NCBI GenBank assembly: GCA_965213765.1
Contig: OZ243926.1
Span: 3,481,627 to 3,545,626, forward strand
Direction: 5' to 3'
Length of the DNA stretch: 64,000 bases
Origin: Rhodospirillales bacterium
GTDB lineage: Bacteria > Pseudomonadota > Alphaproteobacteria > Rhodospirillales > UBA2165
Part shown: positions 9,890 through 19,314 of the stretch, one piece after another
How the letters are laid out: each line of letters begins with the position of its first letter
Position numbering within the stretch: the stretch's first letter is position 1
Program-made: the position numbers and the translations under genes
Notes under the pieces: generated by a model
Databases searched by the model: none
Told to the model about the DNA's origin: nothing
What the model saw: only the letters and a program-made list of their open reading frames with translations

Positions 9890-10380
9890 GCGGACGCCGC
9901 TTCGGTCTTCTCCCGCTGCCGGATGATCCACCAGACAATCACCGCGCCGGCCAGTTTGCTCAGCGTCTGGATCAGCACCGCAAAGGGCGAGCCGAACCCG
10001 GCCATGTAGAGAAACACCGCGCTATCGACCGGGGTGGCGACGATGCTGGAGAGCAGGATCCGCTGGGACAGGGTCCGGCCGGTGAAACTGTAGATGGCCC
10101 AGTCGATGAATTCGGCGACCAGGAAGGCCGCGACGCTGGCCATGGCGATCTGGGGGCTGGCCATGAAGAAGCTGATGGCGCCGCCGACAAGCATGGCGAT
10201 GATGACCCAGTGCCCGATTTCCCGCTGGGCGAAATCCCGGGAGACGAATATGAACCCGACGATCAAGGAAACCGGCGGCCATGCCGCGCCGTTCGGCAGG
10301 ATGATGGGATCGACCACGGAGAACGCCCAGTTCACGGCGACGATCAACGCGATGTAAATACCGGTCTGAAGACATTTCAT
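9886..10380 (-). CDS. VUT/YhhQ-family (DUF165) putative queuosine-precursor transporter
   Basis: ORF-track 9886..10416; start ambiguous, ATG at 10380 (MKCLQTGIY...) preferred. Polytopic membrane protein with [11 protein letters not shown]...[13 protein letters not shown]. Converges on tgt and shares the CTAG stop. Confidence 0.65.
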   Translation of the reverse strand: MKCLQTGIYIALIVAVNWAFSVVDPIILPNGAAWPPVSLIVGFIFVSRDFAQREIGHWVIIAMLVGGAISFFMASPQIAMASVAAFLVAEFIDWAIYSFTGRTLSQRILLSSIVATPVDSAVFLYMAGFGSPFAVLIQTLSKLAGAVIVWWIIRQREKTEAASA

Positions 10381-10544
10381 TCTTAAGCCCAACTCCTGAC
10401 GTCCGGCGAATGCCACGGGCGGCTAAATAGCACACCGGTGTGTATTGTCGAGCCTACAAAGACATTGATTTTCCCCGCGTCCCGACCATAGTGCGGCCAC
10501 GCCTTATCCAAGGTTCAACTCTTTCCGGTCGCTCGTTCGCCTTC

Positions 10545-11522
10545 ATGATCATTGCACTGCAAATCATCGGTGGATTCCTGCTGTTGCTGGGCGGGGCCCA
10601 GGTCATGGTCCGCGGCGCCGTCGCGCTGGCGCGGCGGTTCGGCATATCGACATTGGTTATCGGTATGACCGTTGTGGCCTTCGGGACCTCGGCGCCCGAG
10701 CTGCTGGTGTCTCTGAACGCGGCGCTGTCGGGTGCGCCGGGGTTGGCCGTCGGTAATGTGGTCGGTTCGAACATCGCGAATATTCTGCTGGTTCTCGGTG
10801 CGGCGGGCATGGTGGCGCCCATCGCCTGCGCGTCCACCGAGCTTCGCCGGGACGGAATCATATTGCTGGCCGGCACGCTGATTTTCTCGGCGCTTTCATT
10901 TCGCGGCGTGGTCGACGTCTGGTCGGGTGCCGTCCTGCTGATCGCCTTCTCCTATTTCCTCTGGAACTCCTACAAGCGTGAGGCCGCCGGTGAGGGCGGT
11001 GCCGCCGCCGGCATGGTCGAGGACGTCGAGAATTCGGCGATGCCGCCGGCAAATCTGCTTGTCGCGGTCCTGATGTTCCTTGCCGGTCTCGCGGCCCTGC
11101 TCGTCGGATCCGAGTTGGTGGTGCGTGGCGGCGTGGCGGCGGCCCGCCTGTTCGGCGTGAGTGAAGCGGTGATCGGGTTGACGGTGGTGGCCCTCGGCAC
11201 CTCGCTGCCCGAACTCGCCGTGTCGGTGGTTGCCGCCTATCGCGGCCACACGGATGTGGCGCTCGGCAATGTGGTTGGCAGCAACCTGTTCAATATTCTG
11301 GGGGTCATCGGCGTTGTCGCCGTGGTCACGCCGGTCACGGTCGAGGCCCGGGTGGTCAATTTCGACCTCTGGATCATGATCGGGGCGACGCTGCTGCTTC
11401 TGCCGTTCATAATGGGTGGCCTGCGTCAAATCGGCCGGGCGCCGGCGCTGGCCTTCCTGATCATGTATATCGCTTATATCGGCGCCATCGGCCTCGGCGT
11501 CGATCGTGTTATTCCTGCCTGA
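10545..11522 (+). CDS. Ca2+/Na+ antiporter, CaCA family (YrbG-like)
   Basis: ORF-track 10440..11522 trimmed to the ATG at 10545 (MIIALQIIGG...). Duplicated alpha-repeat motifs GTSAPELLVS and GTSLPELAVS. Confidence 0.85.
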   Translation: MIIALQIIGGFLLLLGGAQVMVRGAVALARRFGISTLVIGMTVVAFGTSAPELLVSLNAALSGAPGLAVGNVVGSNIANILLVLGAAGMVAPIACASTELRRDGIILLAGTLIFSALSFRGVVDVWSGAVLLIAFSYFLWNSYKREAAGEGGAAAGMVEDVENSAMPPANLLVAVLMFLAGLAALLVGSELVVRGGVAAARLFGVSEAVIGLTVVALGTSLPELAVSVVAAYRGHTDVALGNVVGSNLFNILGVIGVVAVVTPVTVEARVVNFDLWIMIGATLLLLPFIMGGLRQIGRAPALAFLIMYIAYIGAIGLGVDRVIPA

Positions 11523-11576
11523 TCTTCCAGGGACCGACTTCCTTGCGCAGCGGCACGGGACTTTTATGCTGCACCC

Positions 11577-12347
11577 ATGACCAATGAACCTTCCGGTACC
11601 GTCCTGATTACCGGCGCCGCCCGGCGCATCGGCAAGGCTATTGTCGACGCGCTGGCCGAGGATGGCTGGCGAATCGCGCTCCATTATGGCGGCTCGGCCG
11701 GCGAGGCCGAGGCCGGGGCAGCCGATCTCCGGGCGCGGGGCGCCGAGGTAACCCTCTACGGGGCCGACCTCCGCGACGAGGCCCAGGTCCGGGGATTGAT
11801 CCCACGGGTCGTCGACGAGATGGGCACTGTCGACTGTCTGGTCAATAACGCCTCGGTGTTTGAGCGCGACTCTCTCGGTGATGCTGCCCGGGAAAGCTGG
11901 GATGCGCACATGGAGGTCAATCTGCGGGCGCCATTCGTTCTCACGCAAGCCTTCGCGGGCCAGTACCGGGGCGAAAACGGTAATATTATCAATATTCTAG
12001 ACCAACGGGTGTGGAACCTGACGCCGCATTTTTCATCCTACACCTTGAGTAAGGCCGGTCTCTGGACCCTGACCCGGACCACCGCGCTGGCGCTGGCGCC
12101 CGCCATCCGCGTCAATGCGGTTGGACCGGGCCCGACCCTGCCTTCGCCGCGGCAGTCGGAAGATAGGTTTCGGGTACAGTGGGAGCGTACCCCTCTGGGC
12201 CGGCCGGTCGGCTCACAGGAAATTGCCTCGGCGGTGCGCTTTATCCTTGCGACGCCGTCGATGACCGGGCAAATGATTGCTCTCGACTCCGGACAGCATC
12301 TCGGCTGGGCTCCCCCGGCCGCCGATGCCGGTGACGAAGACGAATAG
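11577..12347 (+). CDS. Short-chain dehydrogenase/reductase (pteridine-reductase-like, adjacent to folB)
   Basis: ORF-track 256 aa. TGAARRIG cofactor motif and YTLSKAG catalytic Y-x3-K. Confidence 0.8.
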   Translation: MTNEPSGTVLITGAARRIGKAIVDALAEDGWRIALHYGGSAGEAEAGAADLRARGAEVTLYGADLRDEAQVRGLIPRVVDEMGTVDCLVNNASVFERDSLGDAARESWDAHMEVNLRAPFVLTQAFAGQYRGENGNIINILDQRVWNLTPHFSSYTLSKAGLWTLTRTTALALAPAIRVNAVGPGPTLPSPRQSEDRFRVQWERTPLGRPVGSQEIASAVRFILATPSMTGQMIALDSGQHLGWAPPAADAGDEDE

Positions 12348-12373
12348 ACCAATCGGGACGGGCCGATCCGACC

Positions 12374-12790
12374 ATGCCGCCATCTGATTCAAATGTGGTT
12401 CATGCCTTCCGGATTGCCGATGCCAAGACGTCGGTCCGGCATGTATTTATCCGCGACCTTACGCTGACCTGCTTCATCGGCGTCCATAAGCACGAACGCA
12501 AACAGAGCCAGCGCGTGCGGATCAATCTCGATCTGGCGGTGCAAGAGGGTGTCGCCGCGATCGACGACAGACTGGAGCATGTGGTGTGCTACGAGGACGT
12601 GGCGGACGGCATTCGGGCGCTGGTCGCGGACGGCCATGTCAGCCTGGTTGAGACATTGGCCGAACGGATCGCCGACATGTGCCTCTCCGATGAGCGGGTC
12701 ACCGTCGCCCGGGTCCGGATCGAAAAGCTCGACGTGTTCGAGGACGCTACAAGCGCCGGCGTGGAGATCGAGCGGTCCCGCATTTCCTGA
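12374..12790 (+). CDS. folB: Dihydroneopterin aldolase
   Basis: ORF-track 138 aa: FIRDLTLTCFIGVHKHERKQSQRVRINLDL...LVETLAERIA. Confidence 0.8.
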   Translation: MPPSDSNVVHAFRIADAKTSVRHVFIRDLTLTCFIGVHKHERKQSQRVRINLDLAVQEGVAAIDDRLEHVVCYEDVADGIRALVADGHVSLVETLAERIADMCLSDERVTVARVRIEKLDVFEDATSAGVEIERSRIS

Positions 12791-13215
12791 GCCGCTTCTT
12801 CGGCAACGGGGCGCAACCCATTGCGATTATGACATTTTATGGACGAAAGGGGCGCAAGTTGTGCACAGGATGCAGGGCTTTCGGGTTTGATCCCTGTGTT
12901 GCGGCGATGCCCTTTATATGACAGGGGTATGAATTAATTTTATTAAAAAATCGATTAATATCAAATAGTTAAAAAACTGCACCAATCATGTGCATTTTGT
13001 GCCGGCGACAAAAAAGCCAAGCTGCGGCGGGCAGTCGCACTGTTTTCAACAAGCTTATTCACAGCGTTGGCGGATATAATTCGACCAGAGCAAATCCCGA
13101 GTGGATGGACTCATCCGTGACGACGCATTTGCGGCAGAATATACTGATAGAGCGTTTCACGTTTCAGAAAAGACATGAACCGCTCTAGGGCCACGCCGAG
13201 GGTGTACGCGAAAGC

Positions 13216-15147
13216 ATGTCTAAGGACGGCAACGAGATCGTCGGACCGCGCCGGATAGAATACCGGCTCAAGACCGAGCCGAAAGCGGACGCGTCTGCGC
13301 CCAAGGGTGCCGAAATCATCAAGTCCTGTCTGCCCAAAGCACCGGCCACGCCCGGTGTTTACCGGATGATCAACGAGGCCGGCGATGTCCTCTACGTCGG
13401 CAAGGCGAAAAACATCCGCAAGCGGGTGACCAGCTACGCCAACCCAAATCGCCAATCTCCGCGCATCCGGCGCATGGTCGCCCAGACCCGGTCCATGGAG
13501 TTCGTCTCCACACACACCGAGGCCGAGGCGCTGCTGCTCGAAGCCGACCTGATCAAAAAGCTAACGCCGCGCTACAACATCCTGCTGCGCGACGACAAGT
13601 CCTTCCCGTTGATTCTCATCACCTCCGACCACGCCTTCCCACAGGTGCTGAAGCATCGCGGGGCGCGCAAGCGGGAAGGCGAATATTTCGGGCCCTTTGC
13701 CTCGGCCGGTGCGGTCAATCAGTCTCTGCACGTCATGCAGCGGGCCTTTTTACTCCGCACCTGCACGGATTCGGTTTTTGCGGCACGCACCCGGCCCTGC
13801 CTGCTGCATCAGATCAAACGTTGCGCGGCGCCTTGCGTCGGCCGAATCAGCGAGAGCGAGTACGGCGACCTGGTGGCCCAGGCGCGCGATTTTCTCACCG
13901 GCAAGTCGGCGGAAATTCAGCGCGAGCTGTCCCGCCGGATGCAGGCGGCGAGCGACGCTCAGGCGTACGAGAAGGCGGCGGAAATCCGGGACCGGATCAA
14001 GGCCATGACAAGCGTGCAGGCACGCCAGGATATCAGCGCCCAGGGCCTGGAAGACGCCGACGTCATCGCCCTCCATCACGCGGGCGGACAGAGCTGCATC
14101 CAGGTGTTTTTCGTCCGGGGCGGGTACAACTTCGGCAACCGCGCCTACTATCCGTCCCATGGCAACGAGGCGACCAAGGACCAGATCCTCGAAGCTTTTG
14201 TGGGGCAGTTCTACACCAACAAGGAGCCGCCCCGGCTGCTCCTGCTCAGTGATCAGGTGACCGAGCCGACCCTTTTGGCGGCTGCATTGACCGAAAAGGC
14301 CGGCCGCAAGGTGCGGCTGCAGGTACCCAAGCGCGGCGACAAGTTGGGCTTGATCACCTTCGCCCTCGAAAACGCCGAACGGGCGCTCGGCCGGCGTCTC
14401 AGCGAAAGCGCGACCCAGCGGGAGCTGCTCGACGGCGTGGCCGCGTTGTTCGAGTTGGACAATCGCCCCGAACGCATCGAGGTGTACGACAACAGCCATA
14501 TCTCCGGCACCAAACCGGTCGGCGGGATGATCGTCAGTGGACCCGATGGGTTCATGAAGAACGCCTATCGAAAGTTCAACATCCGCTCGGCGGGGCCCGA
14601 CGCCGAGGCGGGCGACGACTACGCCATGATGCGCGAAGTGCTGACCCGGCGTTTTGCCCGGGCGTTGAAGGAGGATCCGGATCGGGCTGAGGGGCAATGG
14701 CCGGACTTGGTGCTGCTCGACGGCGGTGCCGGACACCTGAGTGCCGCCAGGGAGGTGTTCGATGAGCTCGGCGTCAACGATGTCGCGCTGGCCGCGATCG
14801 CCAAGGGCCCGGACCGCAATGCCGGGCGCGAGCGGATTTTCATCCCCGGGCGCCGGCCCTTTCGCTTGGACAATCGCGACCCGGTCCTCTATTTTCTCCA
14901 ACGTCTCCGGGACGAAGCGCACCGGTTTGCCATTGGCAGCCACCGGGCACGGCGTTCCCGGGATATCGAACGATCGCCCTTGGACGAAATCGAGGGTATC
15001 GGCGGCGTCCGGAAGAAGTCCCTGCTGCATCATTTCGGGTCCGCGAAAGCGGTTTCCCAGGCGGGGCTGGCCGATCTGGAGGCGGTCGAGGGAATAAGCA
15101 AAGCGATGGCGGCCAAAATTTATGGCTGGTTCCACGCCGAGGACTGA
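13216..15147 (+). CDS. uvrC: Excinuclease ABC subunit C
   Basis: ORF-track 643 aa. GIY-YIG motif PGVYRMINEAGDVLYVGKAKNIRKRV, UvrBC-interaction region and C-terminal HhH. Confidence 0.95.
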   Translation: MSKDGNEIVGPRRIEYRLKTEPKADASAPKGAEIIKSCLPKAPATPGVYRMINEAGDVLYVGKAKNIRKRVTSYANPNRQSPRIRRMVAQTRSMEFVSTHTEAEALLLEADLIKKLTPRYNILLRDDKSFPLILITSDHAFPQVLKHRGARKREGEYFGPFASAGAVNQSLHVMQRAFLLRTCTDSVFAARTRPCLLHQIKRCAAPCVGRISESEYGDLVAQARDFLTGKSAEIQRELSRRMQAASDAQAYEKAAEIRDRIKAMTSVQARQDISAQGLEDADVIALHHAGGQSCIQVFFVRGGYNFGNRAYYPSHGNEATKDQILEAFVGQFYTNKEPPRLLLLSDQVTEPTLLAAALTEKAGRKVRLQVPKRGDKLGLITFALENAERALGRRLSESATQRELLDGVAALFELDNRPERIEVYDNSHISGTKPVGGMIVSGPDGFMKNAYRKFNIRSAGPDAEAGDDYAMMREVLTRRFARALKEDPDRAEGQWPDLVLLDGGAGHLSAAREVFDELGVNDVALAAIAKGPDRNAGRERIFIPGRRPFRLDNRDPVLYFLQRLRDEAHRFAIGSHRARRSRDIERSPLDEIEGIGGVRKKSLLHHFGSAKAVSQAGLADLEAVEGISKAMAAKIYGWFHAED

Positions 15148-15183
15148 CGAGACCGGGCATCCCGGCGAGGGGAAGTAGGTCCG

Positions 15184-15780
15184 ATGCTGACACAGTTGCC
15201 GAACATGCTGACCATGTCGCGGATTGCCGCGATCCCGGTCCTGGTGGCGAGTTTCTATCTGGACTCGCCCTTCGGCAATTGGCTCGGGCTGGCAATTCTG
15301 GCACTCGCCGGCGTCACCGATTTCTTCGACGGATACGCCGCCCGCGCGCTCAGGCAGCAATCCCTGTTCGGAAAATTCCTCGATCCCGTCGCCGACAAGC
15401 TGCTGGTCTCGGCGCTGTTGCTGATGCTGGTCTGGTCCGAGCGGGTCGATGGACTGGCGGTGCTGCCGGCGGTTGTCATCCTCTGCCGGGAAATTCTGGT
15501 GTCCGGGCTGCGGGAGTTTTTGGCTGGTGTCCGGGCCGGCCTGCCGGTGAGCAAGCTGGCCCGCTGGAAGACAACCTTGCAGATTGTGGCCCTCGGCTTC
15601 CTGATCGTCGGCCCCGCGGGCCCCGATTTCGGCCCGTTCTCGACCACTCAAATTGGTGAAATCGGCCTGTGGCTCGCGGCGTTGCTGACCTTGGTAACCG
15701 GCTACGACTACTTGAGGGCGGGGTTTCGCCACATCGAGGCGGCGGACGACGAACAAACCGCGGCCAAGGATGCGGGCTGA
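15184..15780 (+). CDS. pgsA: CDP-diacylglycerol--glycerol-3-phosphate 3-phosphatidyltransferase
   Basis: ORF-track 198 aa. CDP-alcohol phosphatidyltransferase motif DFFDGYAARALRQQSLFGKFLDPVADK. Confidence 0.9.
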   Translation: MLTQLPNMLTMSRIAAIPVLVASFYLDSPFGNWLGLAILALAGVTDFFDGYAARALRQQSLFGKFLDPVADKLLVSALLLMLVWSERVDGLAVLPAVVILCREILVSGLREFLAGVRAGLPVSKLARWKTTLQIVALGFLIVGPAGPDFGPFSTTQIGEIGLWLAALLTLVTGYDYLRAGFRHIEAADDEQTAAKDAG

Positions 15781-15791
15781 GAGACCGGTTC

Positions 15792-16295
15792 ATGCGGATA
15801 TTCGGCATAATCGGTTGGAGCGGCAGCGGCAAGACGACGTTGGTGGAGAAACTGTTGCCCGAACTGATCGGCCGGGGAAACAGCGTTTCGACCCTGAAGC
15901 ACGCGCACACCCGGTTCGATATCGACCGTCCGGGCAAGGACACCTTCCGTCACCGCGAGGCGGGGGCGACCGAGGTGATGATCGGCACGTCGAGCCGTTG
16001 GGCGTTGATGCACGAGCTTCGCGGCGAGGAAGAACCAACCCTTGATGAATTGGTGGCGATGATGACCCCCGTCGATCTGCTGATCGTCGAAGGGTTCAAG
16101 TACAATCCCCACCCCAAAATCGAGGTCCACCGGCCGAGCGTGGGCAAGCCGATGATCCAAGGCGAAGACCCCTACATCGTCGCGATTGCCAGCGACGAAC
16201 GCCTGAAGGCCGCCACGGTGCCGGTGCTGGACATTAACGATGCCGAGGCAGTTGCCGGATTTATCATCGAGCATTGCCGCCTGAAGGCCGCCTGA
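15792..16295 (+). CDS. mobB: Molybdopterin-guanine dinucleotide biosynthesis adaptor protein MobB
   Basis: ORF-track 15669..16295 trimmed to the ATG at 15792 (MRIFGIIGWSGSGKTTLVEKL, P-loop). Confidence 0.85.
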   Translation: MRIFGIIGWSGSGKTTLVEKLLPELIGRGNSVSTLKHAHTRFDIDRPGKDTFRHREAGATEVMIGTSSRWALMHELRGEEEPTLDELVAMMTPVDLLIVEGFKYNPHPKIEVHRPSVGKPMIQGEDPYIVAIASDERLKAATVPVLDINDAEAVAGFIIEHCRLKAA

Positions 16296-16302
16296 GGACG
16301 GC

Positions 16303-17574
16303 ATGAAGTCGCCCACCTTCAACGATTGTTTTGCGACATCGGGCGCCCGGATGACCGTTGCCGAGGCGCTTGCCCGGTTCTCCGGGAAGTTGGTGCCGAC
16401 GGTGGGGACGGAGGAGGTGGCAACCCGGGCCGCGGCCCGCCGGCTGCTCGCCGAGGACGTCATTTCGGCGCGCCAAATTCCGCCCCGCAACAATGCCGCC
16501 GTCGACGGATTTGCCGTATATTTTGACGACCTCGATCCGGACGCTCCAACGACGCTCGGCATCGACGGCACCGCCGCCGCCGGCCATCCGTTGGGCCGAT
16601 CCGCCAAACGGGGCAACGCCTACAAGATTTTTACCGGCGCGCAGGTGCCGGACGGCGCCGATACCATCTTCATGGTCGAGGATTGTGAAGTCTCCGGTGA
16701 CCTCGTGACGCTTCCCGATGGGATCGGACGCGGGGCCAATCTGCGCCTTGCCGGCGAAGATGTGCAGGCGGGCGATGTGGTGATGCGTCAGGGTACGCTG
16801 CTGCGGCCCCAGGAAATCGGCATGGCGGCGTCCTTGGGGCTGGAACGGCTGCCGGTCTACCGCCGTCTCAGGGTGGCCGTGTTCTCAACCGGGGATGAAG
16901 TGCGGGATCCGGGTGAGACGCTGGATGACGGCAGCATCTACGACATCAACCGATACACCCTGTTGAGCCTGCTGGACGGATTGGGTTGTGCGCCGACCGA
17001 CCTTGGAATTTTCAAGGATGAAGCGGACGTGATTCGCCGGGGTCTTGCCGATGCCGCCGCGGATCATGATGTGGTGATTACCTCCGGCGGGGTGTCCATG
17101 GGCGAAGAAGACCATATCCGCGGTGCGGTCGAAGATCTGGGCAGCCTGTTTTTCTGGAATCTCGCCATCAAACCCGGCCGGCCCATCGCACTCGGCTGCA
17201 TCCCGGGCGGTGGCGGCGAGGTGCCGTTTATAGGACTTCCAGGCAATCCGGTGGCGAGCATGGTTACGTTCATGCAGATCGCCCGCCCGATCCTGTTGCG
17301 CCTCGCCGGGGCCGAAAATCTCGCGGCGGCATCCTATCGGGTACCCTCCGCCTTTGACTTCAAGAAGAAGTCCGGGCGCCGGGAGTGGCTTCGGGCCCGG
17401 CTGGAGGCGCAGGCCGACGGTACGCTGGCGGCGGTCAAATTTGCGCAAGAAGGGTCGGGAATTTTGACATCCATGGTTCAATCTGATGGGTTGGTGGTGC
17501 TCGACGAGGCCTGCGAGGCGGTGCAGGCCGGCGAGCTTGTCGAATTCGTTCCGTTCAACGAGGTGCTGCGGTGA
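16303..17574 (+). CDS. moeA: Molybdopterin molybdotransferase
   Basis: ORF-track 423 aa. MoeA N-terminal, MoCF-binding (STGDEV...SGGVSMGEED) and C-terminal domains. Confidence 0.9.
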   Translation: MKSPTFNDCFATSGARMTVAEALARFSGKLVPTVGTEEVATRAAARRLLAEDVISARQIPPRNNAAVDGFAVYFDDLDPDAPTTLGIDGTAAAGHPLGRSAKRGNAYKIFTGAQVPDGADTIFMVEDCEVSGDLVTLPDGIGRGANLRLAGEDVQAGDVVMRQGTLLRPQEIGMAASLGLERLPVYRRLRVAVFSTGDEVRDPGETLDDGSIYDINRYTLLSLLDGLGCAPTDLGIFKDEADVIRRGLADAAADHDVVITSGGVSMGEEDHIRGAVEDLGSLFFWNLAIKPGRPIALGCIPGGGGEVPFIGLPGNPVASMVTFMQIARPILLRLAGAENLAAASYRVPSAFDFKKKSGRREWLRARLEAQADGTLAAVKFAQEGSGILTSMVQSDGLVVLDEACEAVQAGELVEFVPFNEVLR

Positions 17575-17822
17575 AATTGGTGTATTTCGCCTGGATGAAG
17601 GAAAAGGCGGGCATCAGCGAGGAGACCGTGAACCCGCCGGCCACCGTGACCGATCTCGGCCAGCTCGTTGAATGGCTGAAGGCGAGGGGCGAGCCCTACA
17701 CCAGCATGTTCCAAAACATGGCCGCGATCCGCGCGGCAATCAATTACGAGTACGTGAAAATCGACGCGGTGGTCGGCCCGGACGACGAGGTCGCCTTCTT
17801 TCCGCCGGTAACCGGGGGCTAG
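17571..17822 (+). CDS. moaD: Molybdopterin synthase sulfur-carrier subunit
   Basis: ORF-track 83 aa ending FFPPVTGG (C-terminal Gly-Gly). GTGA overlap with the moeA stop. Confidence 0.85.
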   Translation: MKLVYFAWMKEKAGISEETVNPPATVTDLGQLVEWLKARGEPYTSMFQNMAAIRAAINYEYVKIDAVVGPDDEVAFFPPVTGG

Positions 17823-17826
17823 CAAC

Positions 17827-18303
17827 ATGATCCGGGTGCAGGCCGACGACTTCGATCCGGCAGCCGAGCTTGAAGCGCTCACCAGGGGCAACGCCGGGAT
17901 CGGGGGCGTGTGCTCGTTCATTGGGCTGGTGCGGGACATCGCCGACGGCGAACGGATCGGGGCCATGACCCTCGATCACTATCCCGAGATGACCCGCCGC
18001 CGGCTGGAAGAGATCGAAGCGGAGGCCATGCGCCGCTGGTCCCTTGAAGGCTGCACGATAATTCACCGTCACGGCCGGTTGGTGCCGGGCGACCGGATCG
18101 TCTTCGTGGCTACCGCTTCGGCCCATCGTCAGGCGGCCTTCGAGAGCGCCGCATTTCTCATGGACTGGCTGAAGACAAAAGCGCCGTTCTGGAAGCTCGA
18201 GGAAACCGGCGACGGCGAGCGCTGGGTCGCCGCCCGCCAATCCGACGATGAAGCCGCCGCCCGGTGGACAGATGATCCGGCTGTCCGCTCGGAGCGCAAT
18301 TAG
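17827..18303 (+). CDS. moaE: Molybdopterin synthase catalytic subunit
   Basis: ORF-track 158 aa: ...HYPEMT...IIHRHGRLVPGDRIVFVATASAHRQAAFES...FWK.E. Confidence 0.9.
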   Translation: MIRVQADDFDPAAELEALTRGNAGIGGVCSFIGLVRDIADGERIGAMTLDHYPEMTRRRLEEIEAEAMRRWSLEGCTIIHRHGRLVPGDRIVFVATASAHRQAAFESAAFLMDWLKTKAPFWKLEETGDGERWVAARQSDDEAAARWTDDPAVRSERN

Positions 18304-18498
18304 CCCCCTACCGCGCCGGGGCGCGCGGCATCTCGTCCGCCGGCACGGCTGTCGTTGCCTGGTCTTCCCCCGGCGTTTGTCGTCTTTGACGATACCTGCC
18401 GGTTCGGCATGGAGATTGTTCCTGCCCGAGGTGTGGACTGTGACGGCAAGTTGATGCAACGCTGAGCGCCTGATTGCCACTGTCCAAAGGACCATCAA

Positions 18499-19314
18499 AT
18501 GACCAAGCGGCGTAAAGAGCCGGTTAAGGCCTACCGGAACGAGCGGTTTCTCAATAGCCCCGATGCCCGTTCACTGCGTATCCAAGCCGAGTACCTGGAA
18601 CCGGAAGCCCGCTTCCACCATTACGACGTGAAGGACACGATCGTGTTCTTCGGCTCGGCTCGAACCCTCTCCCGGCGGCGGGCCCGCGCCCAACTCCGGG
18701 CGGCCCGTGCCGGGGGCGGCGACGTGGCTGCCGCCGAACGGGATTTGAAGATGTCCCGCTATTACGAGGAGGCCCGGGAGCTTTCCCGCCGGCTGACCAC
18801 GTGGTCAAAGGAATTGGACGCCGACGGCCGGCGGTTTGTGGTCTGCACCGGCGGCGGCCCGGGAATCATGGAAGCGGCGAACCGGGGGGCGTCCGAGGCC
18901 AAGGGCCTGAATATCGGGCTCAATATTTCATTGCCATTTGAGCAGCACGAGAACCCGTACATTACCAATCATCTGGGGTTCGAGTTTCACTACTTCTTCA
19001 TGCGCAAGTTTTGGTTCATCTACCTCGCCAAGGCCCTGATAATCTTTCCGGGCGGGTTCGGGACGTTCGATGAGTTGTTCGAGGTGCTGACCCTCAATCA
19101 AACCGGCAAGCTCACCAAACCGGTGGCCGTGGTCCTTTATGGAAACGACTATTGGGACAAGGTGATCAACCTGGAGGCGCTGGCCGAGTTCGGCACCATC
19201 AGCCCTTCCGATTTGAAGGCGGTTCGGCGCTCCGACACGGTCGACGATGCGTTTGCCTATATCACCAGGGATTTAAGCCGCCGGGCGCTGAAATCACCGG
19301 GCGGCGTGCTCTAG
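18499..19314 (+). CDS. LOG-family (TIGR00730-type) nucleotide phosphoribohydrolase
   Basis: ORF-track 271 aa. Motifs GGGPGIMEAANRGA and PGGFGTFDELFE. Confidence 0.8.
   Translation: MTKRRKEPVKAYRNERFLNSPDARSLRIQAEYLEPEARFHHYDVKDTIVFFGSARTLSRRRARAQLRAARAGGGDVAAAERDLKMSRYYEEARELSRRLTTWSKELDADGRRFVVCTGGGPGIMEAANRGASEAKGLNIGLNISLPFEQHENPYITNHLGFEFHYFFMRKFWFIYLAKALIIFPGGFGTFDELFEVLTLNQTGKLTKPVAVVLYGNDYWDKVINLEALAEFGTISPSDLKAVRRSDTVDDAFAYITRDLSRRALKSPGGVL

Noticed and set aside
12988-13188. 66-aa ORF in the AT-rich folB-uvrC gap
   Set aside because: AT-biased codons unlike neighbouring genes, no Shine-Dalgarno sequence and no recognisable domain. Kept only as part of the finding on the gap.
13750-15756. 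668-aa minus-strand ORF
   Set aside because: Antisense to uvrC and pgsA. Low-complexity Arg/Pro/Gly/Gln-rich composition typical of high-GC shadow ORFs. The sense genes carry unmistakable motifs.
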